From a virus: a stretch of DNA of 64,000 nt. The stretch is taken from positions 1-64,000 of IMG/VR virus record IMGVR_UViG_3300048839_001082; one strand, 5' to 3'. Under the pieces are notes generated by a model, which was given only the letters and a program-made list of their open reading frames with translations, made no database searches and had not been told where the DNA came from. Shown here piece after piece: positions 44,212 to 53,324 of this stretch (its first letter is position 1; each line of letters starts with the position of its first letter). A program made the position numbers and the translations under genes.

Positions 44212-46160
44212 GCTTCGAGAAGATTCTGTTTGACATAGAAACGGATGGATTGCTTGACACTTGCACACGTATGTGGATACTTCATGCCGTAGATCTGAAA
44301 ACGGGTGAAATGAAAGAGTATCTTGAAGGTGACCTGGGTTGGCAGGATCTTCTCAGCAATGCCAAGCATGTCATCGGCCATAATGTTATCGGGTTTGATT
44401 TACAGGCCTTAAAGAAACTATTCGATTTCGACTTAAAGAGTGATTGTCAAATTACCGACACGATGATCTTATCATTGGTCTTAAATTACAGAAGATTTGG
44501 TGATGACGGTCATAGTCTTGAGGCTTGGGGCAAGTTTCTAAAACAACCTAAACAAGAGCATGAAGATTGGACACAATTCTCAGAAGAAATGAGAACAAGA
44601 TGCCGTTCAGACGTTCAATTGAATATTAAGGTTTATGAAATTGTCAGAAAAGAGTTGGTTGCATTATCAACTAAAGCCCCTCAGATAATTCATTATTTAG
44701 ATGCCGAACATTACACAGCTGAATGGTGCGCTCAAGCCGAAAGAGAGGGTTGGCCGTTCGATATGGAAAAGGCATCCATTCTTCAGCCAAAGCTTGAAGC
44801 TTCAGTACAATTAGCATATGAAGCACTATCCGCAAAACTGGGAACTAAAACAGTCGCCATCGATAAGAAGAATGGAGAAGTACTTCCTAAAAAACCAAAG
44901 TGGACTAAAGACGGTTTCTATGATGCGCATACTTGTCGATGGTTTGATATAGAACCACCTTCAGGTTTTGAAGGTGAAGAAAGAATGGTTTTAGGGCCAT
45001 ACTCTCGTATTAAGTTTGAACCGTTGTCTCTAGATTCTGTTACCGATGTAAAAATCTTTCTTAATAGAAATGGATGGAAGCCTACTCAATGGAATTACAA
45101 AACTGAATTCGATGATGAAACCGGAAGATACAAGAGAATAAAGACATCTCCCAAAATCACTGAGGATTCTTTGGAGTTTCTTGGTGGTGATGGTAAACTC
45201 TATTCGGATTTTGCGGTAGCAAGATCCAGATTGAGTATTTTAAAAACATGGATTGAAGCGGCTAAAAAAGATGGAAAAGTACATGGTGGCGCTTTCCCCA
45301 TTGGGACTCCTAGTTTCCGTGCAAGGCATAGCATTATCGTTAATGTTACTAGTGTTGATAGCGCGTGGGGAAAAGAAATGCGCGAACTCTTCACTTGTAA
45401 ACCCGGCTGGAGACTTGTGGGTTGTGACAGCTCAGGTAACCAAGCTCGAGGACTTGCGCATTATCTTAAAGATGCTGCGTACATTGACACTTTACTCCAT
45501 GGCGATGTTCATCGTGTTAACGCTAGGATTCTTGATTCAGTTCTTTTGGGAATGGGTATTGCCTGGGATGAATGGCTAGTCGAGCAGGGAATGACTGCCG
45601 ATGAAAAGCATACTCTCGAAGAGAATATCCTGGCAAGACAAAGAAGTAATGCCAAAAGAATTCTATATGCTTTCTTATTTGGAGCTTCCGGTGAAAAACT
45701 GTGGAGTTACGTCTTCGGTGTATTTAATAAGAGAAAAGGAAGTGAATTAAAAACAGGATTCATGAAAGCTGTTCCTGGATTTGAAGCACTAATCACCAAA
45801 CTAAACGATATCTTCAATAAGACTAAAAGAACGGGAGATGGCTACATACCGTCCATCACCGGTGCCAGAATATATGTGGATTCCCCACACAAGCTTTTAG
45901 TGTATTTATTGCAAGCCACTGAAAAAGCCACTTGCGCAGCTGCCTTAATGCTCACGGTCAAAGAGCTCAGAAAAAGAAATATTCCTTATACTCCTTGTAT
46001 TTTTATGCATGATGAAATTCAATTCCAAGTGCCTGAAGAGTATGCGGAAGAAGTGGGTAAGATCGGTAAGTTGGCCTTTAAAGAAGGTCCCAAGTTGTTC
46101 AACATTCAGATAATGGATGGTGAATATAAGATCGGTAATAATTGGTTTGAGACACATTGA
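44208..46160 (+). CDS. DNA polymerase family A (T7 gp5-like) with 3'-5' exonuclease
   Basis: FDIETDG, GHNVIGFD, HSLEAWG, GCDSSG, R..AKRILYAFLFG, HDEIQ. Confidence 0.95.
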   Translation: MSFEKILFDIETDGLLDTCTRMWILHAVDLKTGEMKEYLEGDLGWQDLLSNAKHVIGHNVIGFDLQALKKLFDFDLKSDCQITDTMILSLVLNYRRFGDDGHSLEAWGKFLKQPKQEHEDWTQFSEEMRTRCRSDVQLNIKVYEIVRKELVALSTKAPQIIHYLDAEHYTAEWCAQAEREGWPFDMEKASILQPKLEASVQLAYEALSAKLGTKTVAIDKKNGEVLPKKPKWTKDGFYDAHTCRWFDIEPPSGFEGEERMVLGPYSRIKFEPLSLDSVTDVKIFLNRNGWKPTQWNYKTEFDDETGRYKRIKTSPKITEDSLEFLGGDGKLYSDFAVARSRLSILKTWIEAAKKDGKVHGGAFPIGTPSFRARHSIIVNVTSVDSAWGKEMRELFTCKPGWRLVGCDSSGNQARGLAHYLKDAAYIDTLLHGDVHRVNARILDSVLLGMGIAWDEWLVEQGMTADEKHTLEENILARQRSNAKRILYAFLFGASGEKLWSYVFGVFNKRKGSELKTGFMKAVPGFEALITKLNDIFNKTKRTGDGYIPSITGARIYVDSPHKLLVYLLQATEKATCAAALMLTVKELRKRNIPYTPCIFMHDEIQFQVPEEYAEEVGKIGKLAFKEGPKLFNIQIMDGEYKIGNNWFETH

Positions 46161-46162
46161 CC

Positions 46163-46342
46163 ATGCCTATTGAAATTAAAATTTTTATTACATGTTTGAT
46201 TGTTTGGGTAGGCTCAATGATCACAATCATTGAAATTAGACCGGACTCTTATACTTTCATAGATATTATTTTGAAAATTTGTTTTAGTGGAAGTTTATTT
46301 ATTATGGCAGCTACAATATTATACAGTATTTGGAGATTTTAA
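46163..46342 (+). CDS. small membrane protein
   Basis: Two hydrophobic helices. Confidence 0.5.
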   Translation: MPIEIKIFITCLIVWVGSMITIIEIRPDSYTFIDIILKICFSGSLFIMAATILYSIWRF

Positions 46343-46566
46343 TGGCTGAAATGAAACAATATGGAATTACGGTTAAGTTCAATGAAAGAGGTTATTGGTC
46401 GAAACCTTATACATACAAGTCCATTGTCACATATGAAAAGAACGATATCGTAGTGGTTCCCACAGGTACATTTTATTCAGTGGGCAAAGTTCTTTCATGT
46501 GAAGAGAACTATCAATTCGATCCTAAGATTAACTATAAACACATTCATTCAAAGGTAATCCTGTGA
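46342..46566 (+). CDS. hypothetical protein (SH3-like YTY...DIVVVP)
   Basis: GGAG RBS before ATG 46342. Confidence 0.6.
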   Translation: MAEMKQYGITVKFNERGYWSKPYTYKSIVTYEKNDIVVVPTGTFYSVGKVLSCEENYQFDPKINYKHIHSKVIL

Positions 46567-46778
46567 AAACATTCGCTATCTCCTGGTTGCGATTTGTTGA
46601 TGGTGAAATCCACATGGCCGAGTTCGAAGCGCATTCTTTATATGAAGCTATTTGTGAAGCTTTCTTCAGAGCGACGGATACGAAGTATGAAGGCATTCCA
46701 ACAGCTGAAGATGTGATAGATGCAGGATATGACGATCATGAAACTGCTCTCGGAGCTATTCAAATAGGTGGAATTTAA
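46563..46778 (+). CDS. hypothetical protein
   Basis: GTGA overlap; AAGG RBS. Confidence 0.55.
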   Translation: MKTFAISWLRFVDGEIHMAEFEAHSLYEAICEAFFRATDTKYEGIPTAEDVIDAGYDDHETALGAIQIGGI

Positions 46779-47035
46779 TGACTATCAATTTTGGTGAGCT
46801 GTTAATCGAAGCAGTCGGTGATATTGAAGCTCATTATGATAAGCCTGAAATTCTTCCGGTTTCTATAATTGATATAGAACGCACTGATCAAACATTTGAC
46901 ATGAATCACCATATGTCAGACCCTTGTCCTGAATGTGGAGGTTTTAATATGCTATTAGGGGATTGGGTTTGCTACGGCACATGCCACGTATGTTTTGAAA
47001 AACGTATGGATGAAGATGACATTAGCAATTATTGA
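46778..47035 (+). CDS. hypothetical Zn-finger protein
   Basis: CPEC...C...CHVC. Confidence 0.6.
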   Translation: MTINFGELLIEAVGDIEAHYDKPEILPVSIIDIERTDQTFDMNHHMSDPCPECGGFNMLLGDWVCYGTCHVCFEKRMDEDDISNY

Positions 47036-47846
47036 TGGCGATGTCCTCGCATATCAGGCCTGCTACTCTATATGGGAAGACCGTCTCAAGGCCGCAGGTC
47101 GAATTCGCGATGAAATGATTTTAATCGCGTTGGATGAAGATGGCCATAAAGCACCAATAGAGTTCACTAAAGAAGAAGAAAGAAAAGCGCTTGAAAAAGC
47201 TTGGAAGTATTTTGTTTTTCTTCATCAAAATTTAATGGATAAACTTTATTGTGAAGATTATCTCATGGCCGTGAAGGGTCCTAACAACTTTCGTAATTTA
47301 CTTTATCCTGATTATAAGCTCAATCGCCATTCTGATCCTACTAAACGTAATATCTTTGTCCCTATCATTAGATCTCTTGCAGTGGCTGAAGGATTCGCCG
47401 TTGATTCCGATGGTCGTGAAGCGGATGATTTAATGCGAATTTGGGCCGAGCAAGCCATGGAATCTGGTGATGATTTTATTATCGCAACGATTGATAAAGA
47501 CTTAAAGTGTATTCCAGGTAAACACTACTTGATGAATAAAGAAATATTTTTTGAAGTTTCTAAAGAAGAGGCTCGAAAACATTATTATGAACAATTGCTT
47601 AAAGGGGATCCTACAGATCACATTCCAGGTGTACCTAAAATTGGAAATGTTAAAGCAGAGAAATTAATCAAGCCTTGCAAGAATGAAGAAGAAATGCAAG
47701 AAGTAGTCGTGAATGCATATATTGAAGCATATGGAGAAGAATGGTATAGTTACTTTTTATCTAATGCCAAAATGATTCATTTACAAAAAGACCCTAATGA
47801 TTATTTTAAGGCTTCTGATTGGCCTGTCTTATTGGAGTTGAGATGA
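47016..47846 (+). CDS. 5'-3' exonuclease/RNase H (T7 gp6-like)
   Basis: IIDGD, NFR....PDYK.NR, EADD, DKDL and GDPTD.IPG motifs. Confidence 0.9.
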   Translation: MTLAIIDGDVLAYQACYSIWEDRLKAAGRIRDEMILIALDEDGHKAPIEFTKEEERKALEKAWKYFVFLHQNLMDKLYCEDYLMAVKGPNNFRNLLYPDYKLNRHSDPTKRNIFVPIIRSLAVAEGFAVDSDGREADDLMRIWAEQAMESGDDFIIATIDKDLKCIPGKHYLMNKEIFFEVSKEEARKHYYEQLLKGDPTDHIPGVPKIGNVKAEKLIKPCKNEEEMQEVVVNAYIEAYGEEWYSYFLSNAKMIHLQKDPNDYFKASDWPVLLELR

Positions 47847-48490
47847 AATTAGAATGGCAAAATGCGCCCGTGAAAACGCAGTGGGGTGACTGTATGAGAG
47901 AATGTCTTGTTGAATTAGACAAAGATTCAACATTGCGACTTTTCGCGGATGTTGATGATTTGCACAAAGTGGAAAGTGCGCTCTTACGCGAACTGCTGGA
48001 CGAGCCGGTGCAGGAGTCAAGCCCACTCGCGGGCACGATGGCAGAGCAATTCCTGCAAGTCGTCGCCAGCATCTGGCACGATCACCCGGACTATTCGATC
48101 CGGCAGACGCTGGACGCGCTCAATGCGAAGTTTCCTGCAGAGCCGGTGCAGGACACGCCGCCGCAGCGTCCACCCACACCTGTAGGCTGGAGTGATACGG
48201 ACTGGCTGGCTCACCTATCGACCATGCCGCCGATTGCATACGCGCTACGCGACACCCTATACGGCACCAGCAAAGCCGGCGTGCTGCGTTTCTGCGCCGC
48301 CAACGAGCCGGGTGCGTTTGCTGTCTACACCCACCCACCGCAGCAGCGCAAGCCGCTGACGGATGACGAAGCACTCGCGCTTATCCGCGCCACGCCGCAA
48401 GAGGACGTTACTCAAGAAGGATGGATTCGCAGGCAGCGTCTTTCCTGGGTTCGCGCCATCGAGCGTGCCATCACAGGAGAGCCAACATGA
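47843..48490 (+). CDS. hypothetical chimeric protein (AT-rich N-terminus, GC-rich C-terminus ending AIERAITGEPT)
   Basis: ATGA overlap with the exonuclease; composition shift near 47990. Confidence 0.6.
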   Translation: MKLEWQNAPVKTQWGDCMRECLVELDKDSTLRLFADVDDLHKVESALLRELLDEPVQESSPLAGTMAEQFLQVVASIWHDHPDYSIRQTLDALNAKFPAEPVQDTPPQRPPTPVGWSDTDWLAHLSTMPPIAYALRDTLYGTSKAGVLRFCAANEPGAFAVYTHPPQQRKPLTDDEALALIRATPQEDVTQEGWIRRQRLSWVRAIERAITGEPT

Positions 48491-48849
48491 ACGACCTCAT
48501 CAGCAGACTGCGAGCCCTGTCGCGCCACGAGCACGACGACCTCACGATTGGGGATGAGGCGGTGGATGAAATCAAGCGGCTGCGGGTCGATCATGCCGCT
48601 GCGATGGCGGCAATGTGGAAGCGAGTCGCTGAGCTGAAGCAACTGTCGAACGATCGCTGGCGCGAGAACGAACGCTTGCAGGCCCTCAACAGCAGCCTCA
48701 CCCGTAAGGCGAACGCTTACCTCATCGAGAACGCACGGCTGGCAGAAGAGAACACACGCATGCGTAGTGTGCTTGGCGAGATCGAGTGGAGCAACGACAC
48801 CACATGGCAGTCCGAGGCCGCACGCGCAGCCCTGAAGGAGACGCCATGA
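48487..48849 (+). CDS. hypothetical coiled-coil protein (MNDLISRLR...)
   Basis: AGGAG RBS and ATGA overlap at 48487. Confidence 0.65.
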   Translation: MNDLISRLRALSRHEHDDLTIGDEAVDEIKRLRVDHAAAMAAMWKRVAELKQLSNDRWRENERLQALNSSLTRKANAYLIENARLAEENTRMRSVLGEIEWSNDTTWQSEAARAALKETP

Positions 48850-49508
48850 CCCCCACCCAACGCGCCGCCGCGAAGCGGCTGGCAAAAGAACTTGCCAGTG
48901 TTCACCCACTGCACCCTTACGCGCAGATGTGTGGAAGTGCCGCCGCCCTCCTGCGCGAACTGGCCGCAGAGCCGGATGACGTACCTGAGTTAGTGAAGGT
49001 ACGCCGTCAACTATTTGCCGCAGAGCCGGTGGTGACTGAATGCGCTGACAACGACTCACCGTGGCTGGTCTGCAAGACGTGCGCAGCGGCGGGGAAGTGC
49101 GTGAAGGAAGCAGAGCAGGTGCAGAAGCCGGTGGCGTGGGGGGTTTTTGTAGATGACGAGTTGTTCAAGCCGTTTAACTGCAAAGACGAGGCTGTGGACT
49201 GGTTCCAAGCACAATACAACCACGGATCGCGGTACGATTATTTGGTTCTTCCGCTCTACGCCGCACCGCAGCAGCCCATGCACTGCCCAAAGGACGGCGG
49301 AGAGTGCGGTGCCGGAGGGTACTGCCGGCCGGAGCCGGTGCAGCGCAAGCCGTCGATTGAACCATTTGTTGTGAGGCATTACGCTTTTGACGAACGGTCA
49401 AGCATCAAGGGCAACGGTTTCGACGGCCTAGCGATTGGCGAAGACCGCGAGGAGGCTGAATGCTTTATCAAGTTTGTGAATGCCGCAATCAAGGGAGAGC
49501 CGACATGA
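48846..49508 (+). CDS. hypothetical modular protein (PVAW...PLYAAP type, Cys clusters)
   Basis: AAGGAG RBS and ATGA overlap at 48846. Confidence 0.65.
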   Translation: MTPTQRAAAKRLAKELASVHPLHPYAQMCGSAAALLRELAAEPDDVPELVKVRRQLFAAEPVVTECADNDSPWLVCKTCAAAGKCVKEAEQVQKPVAWGVFVDDELFKPFNCKDEAVDWFQAQYNHGSRYDYLVLPLYAAPQQPMHCPKDGGECGAGGYCRPEPVQRKPSIEPFVVRHYAFDERSSIKGNGFDGLAIGEDREEAECFIKFVNAAIKGEPT

Positions 49509-49708
49509 GTGATTACTTTGAGGGATTGAAACTGGCGCAGCGCATTGGCGTGCCATGCAGAAACTGCGCAACCTCAAGCATCTGGTGCGAGCGATGCGCT
49601 CAAAAGTGGCGCAAGGCGTGTGAAGACACAGCAAGACAAGTGTCTCCACCAAACGCGGCCCACATGCCTGACGCCATCGAGCGCGCCATCACAGGAGAGC
49701 CGACATGA
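49505..49708 (+). CDS. hypothetical Zn-finger protein (CRNC...CERC)
   Basis: GGAG RBS; ATGA overlap. Confidence 0.6.
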   Translation: MSDYFEGLKLAQRIGVPCRNCATSSIWCERCAQKWRKACEDTARQVSPPNAAHMPDAIERAITGEPT

Positions 49709-49956
49709 AATTTAATGCGTTATTTGGTTTAGGCGAAATCGTCTGTACGCATCAGCGTGAGACAGTTAATGGTGTGTACCCCGACATGATACTGAAGGTG
49801 GTCGCCATTCAATTTGAGTTAAATGGATCGGTGATGTATTTGTGTCGCAATGCAATATCTGGTAATATTATCGTGTGTGGAGAGAATGAGCTGATCGGCG
49901 ATCCGGCATTTGACCAAGAGGCTGGCAAGTATCCACAGGAAACAAATGAAATTTGA
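49705..49956 (+). CDS. hypothetical protein
   Basis: AGGAG RBS; ATGA overlap. Confidence 0.6.
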   Translation: MKFNALFGLGEIVCTHQRETVNGVYPDMILKVVAIQFELNGSVMYLCRNAISGNIIVCGENELIGDPAFDQEAGKYPQETNEI

Positions 49957-50500
49957 AGGCAAATTACCGAAAGACTTCGAATCCGTGAAAGAGGCCAAGA
50001 AAGTCGCGATTCATCAATTATCGTATTACAACAAAATGATGAATCAAAAAATAATGGGGAGTTCCATAGCTTCAAATGGCCATTGGCAATTTCCTGAAGA
50101 AATGGGGCCACCATTCGTGGGCTTTATTTATGCGCTTTATGACCCTGTTTTGCATCGCGCCTATTTAGGAAAGAAGGCCTATTTAGGTACAGGTGTTAAA
50201 AATCGCGGCAAAGACAGTGGGTGGCGTAATTATGTATCTTCTTCAAATCTATTAAAAGAATTATTTCAGCATCGACCGGTGAGTGAATTTGAATTTATAT
50301 GTATTGAGCAATACAAAACCAAAGGTACCTTATCATACGCTGAAACATGGTCGTTGTGCATGGCTGAGGCACCAACAAGTAAACTTTTCTACAATACACG
50401 AATAGAGTCAGTTTCTTGGTCAGTTAAAGAGCCGATATCTGAAAGACATAAAGAAAGATTATCAATGATAATAAAGATAGTGAAAGAAAATAATGAGTAA
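49946..50500 (+). CDS. GIY-YIG-like endonuclease
   Basis: GFIY.......YLGKK...W..Y.SS...E...FYN pattern. Confidence 0.65.
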   Translation: MKFEGKLPKDFESVKEAKKVAIHQLSYYNKMMNQKIMGSSIASNGHWQFPEEMGPPFVGFIYALYDPVLHRAYLGKKAYLGTGVKNRGKDSGWRNYVSSSNLLKELFQHRPVSEFEFICIEQYKTKGTLSYAETWSLCMAEAPTSKLFYNTRIESVSWSVKEPISERHKERLSMIIKIVKENNE

Positions 50501-50717
50501 AATTTTAGCCGCATTGTCGGTGTTATCCGCATTTTCCGCATTGCTTTACGGTAGTTTCATTTTGATATCTAAGACGGTCCCTTTGGAAAGTGTTGATTAT
50601 ATCTTACTAGGGATTACATTTATGATCGGAGGCAAGGTTTTTATCAGCTTCACTGAAACCTCCAAGGACAAATCCAGCGATGGGAACGATAGTAGCCAAG
50701 AACAGACCTTGCCTTGA
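50493..50717 (+). CDS. small membrane protein
   Basis: Two hydrophobic helices. Confidence 0.55.
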   Translation: MSKILAALSVLSAFSALLYGSFILISKTVPLESVDYILLGITFMIGGKVFISFTETSKDKSSDGNDSSQEQTLP

Positions 50718-53316
50718 TAGTGCTTGTGGCTCTTCAGACGCGAGGCAAATATATGAAGATGGCACAAGCTTCTGTTTCTCTTGCATGAAGTTCTTTCCTA
50801 AAAATGCAGAAGATATCGTGCCAGATAAAGAAGAACATAACTATTTACCGAAAGTGGTAAGAACAGTGGAAGATATCGAAAAGAAGCTTAAAGAAATTTC
50901 CACCCTCCCAGTGAGAGGGTTTAAAGAGAGAAAAGTCTCAAAAGAAGTTTGTGAATTCTTCGATGTTAAGGTTTCTTATAATGCAGATAGTGGTGAAATC
51001 GCTGCTCACTATTATCCTTATGAAAATGGAAAAGCCTATAAAGTCCGAGAGCTTCCTAAACAATTCAAATGGATTTCGAAATCAGAAGATCTCTTTGGTA
51101 AAGACAAATTCAGCAGTGGCGGAAAGCGAATTTTCATTGTAGAAGGTGAAGTTGATACGTTGAGTGTTGCACAGACCCTTCACGACAAGTATGGAAAAAT
51201 TTATCCTGTTGTGGGTCTCTCATCAGCCACGATCGCTGGAAAGACACTTTTAAAAAATCGAGAGTGGTTACGAAGCTTTAAAGAAATTATTCTGTGTCTC
51301 GATAATGATGATGCTGGCAAGGTGGCCACAGAAACAGCCATCAAGATACTAGGTATTGATAAAATTAAAGTTGTCAAACTGGCCGGAAAAGATCCTAATG
51401 AAGTATATTTAAAGCAAGGCTCTTCTGTCTTAATGCAGAATCTATTTGATGCTGCTCCATATATTCCTTCCGGTATCATTACCAAAGAAGCACTATGGGA
51501 AGCACTGGTTAACTATAACAATACACCTTCGATTCCATATCCTGCTTGTGTGCATCGTTTAAATGAAAAAGTCAAAGGGATGCGTAAAGGGGAAATTACT
51601 CTCTTTGTGTCTGGCACTTCCTGCGGCAAGAGCACATTGTTGCGAGAAATCATGCTCAGTAATCAAGAATTGACCACAAGTAAAATTGGTGTTGTCAGTC
51701 TTGAGGAATCTCCCGCGGAAACTGCGCGTAAGTTGTCGGGAATGAAAATTAATAAAAATCCTGCTAAAGAGGAGATACCACTTGAAGAGCTCAAAGTCGG
51801 TTTTGACGCTGTGTTCGGAGATGATCGCTACATTGTATTGGACCATCAAGGATCACTTAAAGACGAAACGATTTTGGACAAGCTTGAGTATATGGCTCTT
51901 AGTGGTTGTGAGTATATATTTATTGATCATATCACGATTTTAGTATCTGAAGGTGCCGGTGAATTGACGGGCAATGAAGCCGTTGATAAGATCATGAACG
52001 ATCTATTAAGATTCGTTAAAAGACATAATGTCTGGATTGGGTTAGTTTCACATCTTCGAAAAACCACGAACACAGGTAAGTCATTCGAAGAAGGCAGAAT
52101 GCCCAATCTAGATGATATCAAGGGATGTTTAGCATACAATACTGAAGTGTTGCTCTCAAATGGTCATTCTACTGCAGTTCAAAATATTAAGATTGGAGAT
52201 TGTTTGATAGGGGATAATGGGATACGTCGTGTGCTCTCATTAAGGAGGGGTGAGCAACAGATGTATAAGGTTACCACTAAGACCACGAATGACAGTTTTA
52301 TATGTAATGAAGATCATGTTTTAACAGTATCTCATAATGATATTTTATTAGACATCTCAATCAAAGATTTTCTTAAAAAGAGTAGCAGTTTTCAGGAAAG
52401 ATGTAAACAGCATTACTCAAAGGGATATGAATTGCCTGAAAAAACTTTATTGATCCCACCATATGCTCTTGGTGCTTGGTTAGGAGATGGTTCTAAATCG
52501 GCATTTAGAATAATGGATGCTAGCGAACTCGGCATCGCTGAGAGAGTTGCAAGGGAACTTAATGCGGAATTGAAACAACCCTCAAATAAAAGAAGAGAGT
52601 ATTTCAACTTTGATACAGGTGTTCAGGGCGACATGCTCACGCGATTGAAAGAATTAGATCTCCTTTGTAACAAACATATTCCTGAAGAGTATATATTTAA
52701 CACAAAAGAAAACAGACTTCTTTTGTTAGCAGGTTTAATTGATACTGATGGAACATACAGCTATAAAGATAATGCTTACTATTTTTACCAAAAAGATGAA
52801 GTATTGGCAGAGAATGTAAAAAAGATAGCAAGATCATTGGGTTTCTATAGCAATGTTAGATCACAAATCATCAATGGTAAATATTCGTCCAATGGTAGTT
52901 TAATTTTTGTAGTGACAATTTCTGGTGATATTGAACAAATTCCTGCTCAGAAAAATATTAAATTAACTCTTAATGAAAGACACACAGATCCATTAAAACG
53001 TGGCATTATTATAGAAAAATTAGGTATTCAACCTTATTACGGATTTACATTAGATGGAAATGGCAGATTTCTATTAGGAAATCATACAATCACTCACAAT
53101 TCAGGCTCAATCAAGCAAATATCATTCGACATTGTTGCTTTCGCGCGTAACCTTCAAGAGCCAGATCCAATCAAATGTAATACCATCTCCATGTCAGTAT
53201 TGAAATGTCGTTTCTCAGGATTGACTGGAGAAATTGGCGGTTCTTATTATGACTATGATACCGGTAGGTTCAGACCGGAAGAGGAAATTCCACAAGAAGA
53301 TTTCACTTCGTTATGA
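50680..53316 (+). CDS. T7 gp4-like primase-helicase with intein
   Basis: Zn-binding PC..CGSSDA...FCFSC, TOPRIM EGEVD and DND, Walker A GTSCGKST, IDHI, SHLRK, KCRFSG. Confidence 0.95.
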   Translation: MGTIVAKNRPCLDSACGSSDARQIYEDGTSFCFSCMKFFPKNAEDIVPDKEEHNYLPKVVRTVEDIEKKLKEISTLPVRGFKERKVSKEVCEFFDVKVSYNADSGEIAAHYYPYENGKAYKVRELPKQFKWISKSEDLFGKDKFSSGGKRIFIVEGEVDTLSVAQTLHDKYGKIYPVVGLSSATIAGKTLLKNREWLRSFKEIILCLDNDDAGKVATETAIKILGIDKIKVVKLAGKDPNEVYLKQGSSVLMQNLFDAAPYIPSGIITKEALWEALVNYNNTPSIPYPACVHRLNEKVKGMRKGEITLFVSGTSCGKSTLLREIMLSNQELTTSKIGVVSLEESPAETARKLSGMKINKNPAKEEIPLEELKVGFDAVFGDDRYIVLDHQGSLKDETILDKLEYMALSGCEYIFIDHITILVSEGAGELTGNEAVDKIMNDLLRFVKRHNVWIGLVSHLRKTTNTGKSFEEGRMPNLDDIKGCLAYNTEVLLSNGHSTAVQNIKIGDCLIGDNGIRRVLSLRRGEQQMYKVTTKTTNDSFICNEDHVLTVSHNDILLDISIKDFLKKSSSFQERCKQHYSKGYELPEKTLLIPPYALGAWLGDGSKSAFRIMDASELGIAERVARELNAELKQPSNKRREYFNFDTGVQGDMLTRLKELDLLCNKHIPEEYIFNTKENRLLLLAGLIDTDGTYSYKDNAYYFYQKDEVLAENVKKIARSLGFYSNVRSQIINGKYSSNGSLIFVVTISGDIEQIPAQKNIKLTLNERHTDPLKRGIIIEKLGIQPYYGFTLDGNGRFLLGNHTITHNSGSIKQISFDIVAFARNLQEPDPIKCNTISMSVLKCRFSGLTGEIGGSYYDYDTGRFRPEEEIPQEDFTSL
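52126..53100 (+). mobile_element. intein with LAGLIDADG endonuclease (325 aa)
   Basis: G|CLAYNTEV...THN|S junctions; block B NEDHVL; LGAWLGDG and LAGLIDTDG; removal restores DDIKG-SGSIKQ. Confidence 0.95.
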
Positions 53317-53324
53317 AAGGTATA

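Larger units (their letters stand above)
47990..49708 (+). other. GC-rich, probably horizontally acquired cassette block
   Basis: Sharp GC increase; 37-bp direct repeats at 48454..48490 and 49672..49708; repeated GAGCCGGTG (EPV) motifs. Confidence 0.7.

Noticed and set aside
47990-49708. IS element or integron
   Set aside because: No transposase, integrase, terminal inverted repeats or attC-like palindromes; the repeats are coding junctions
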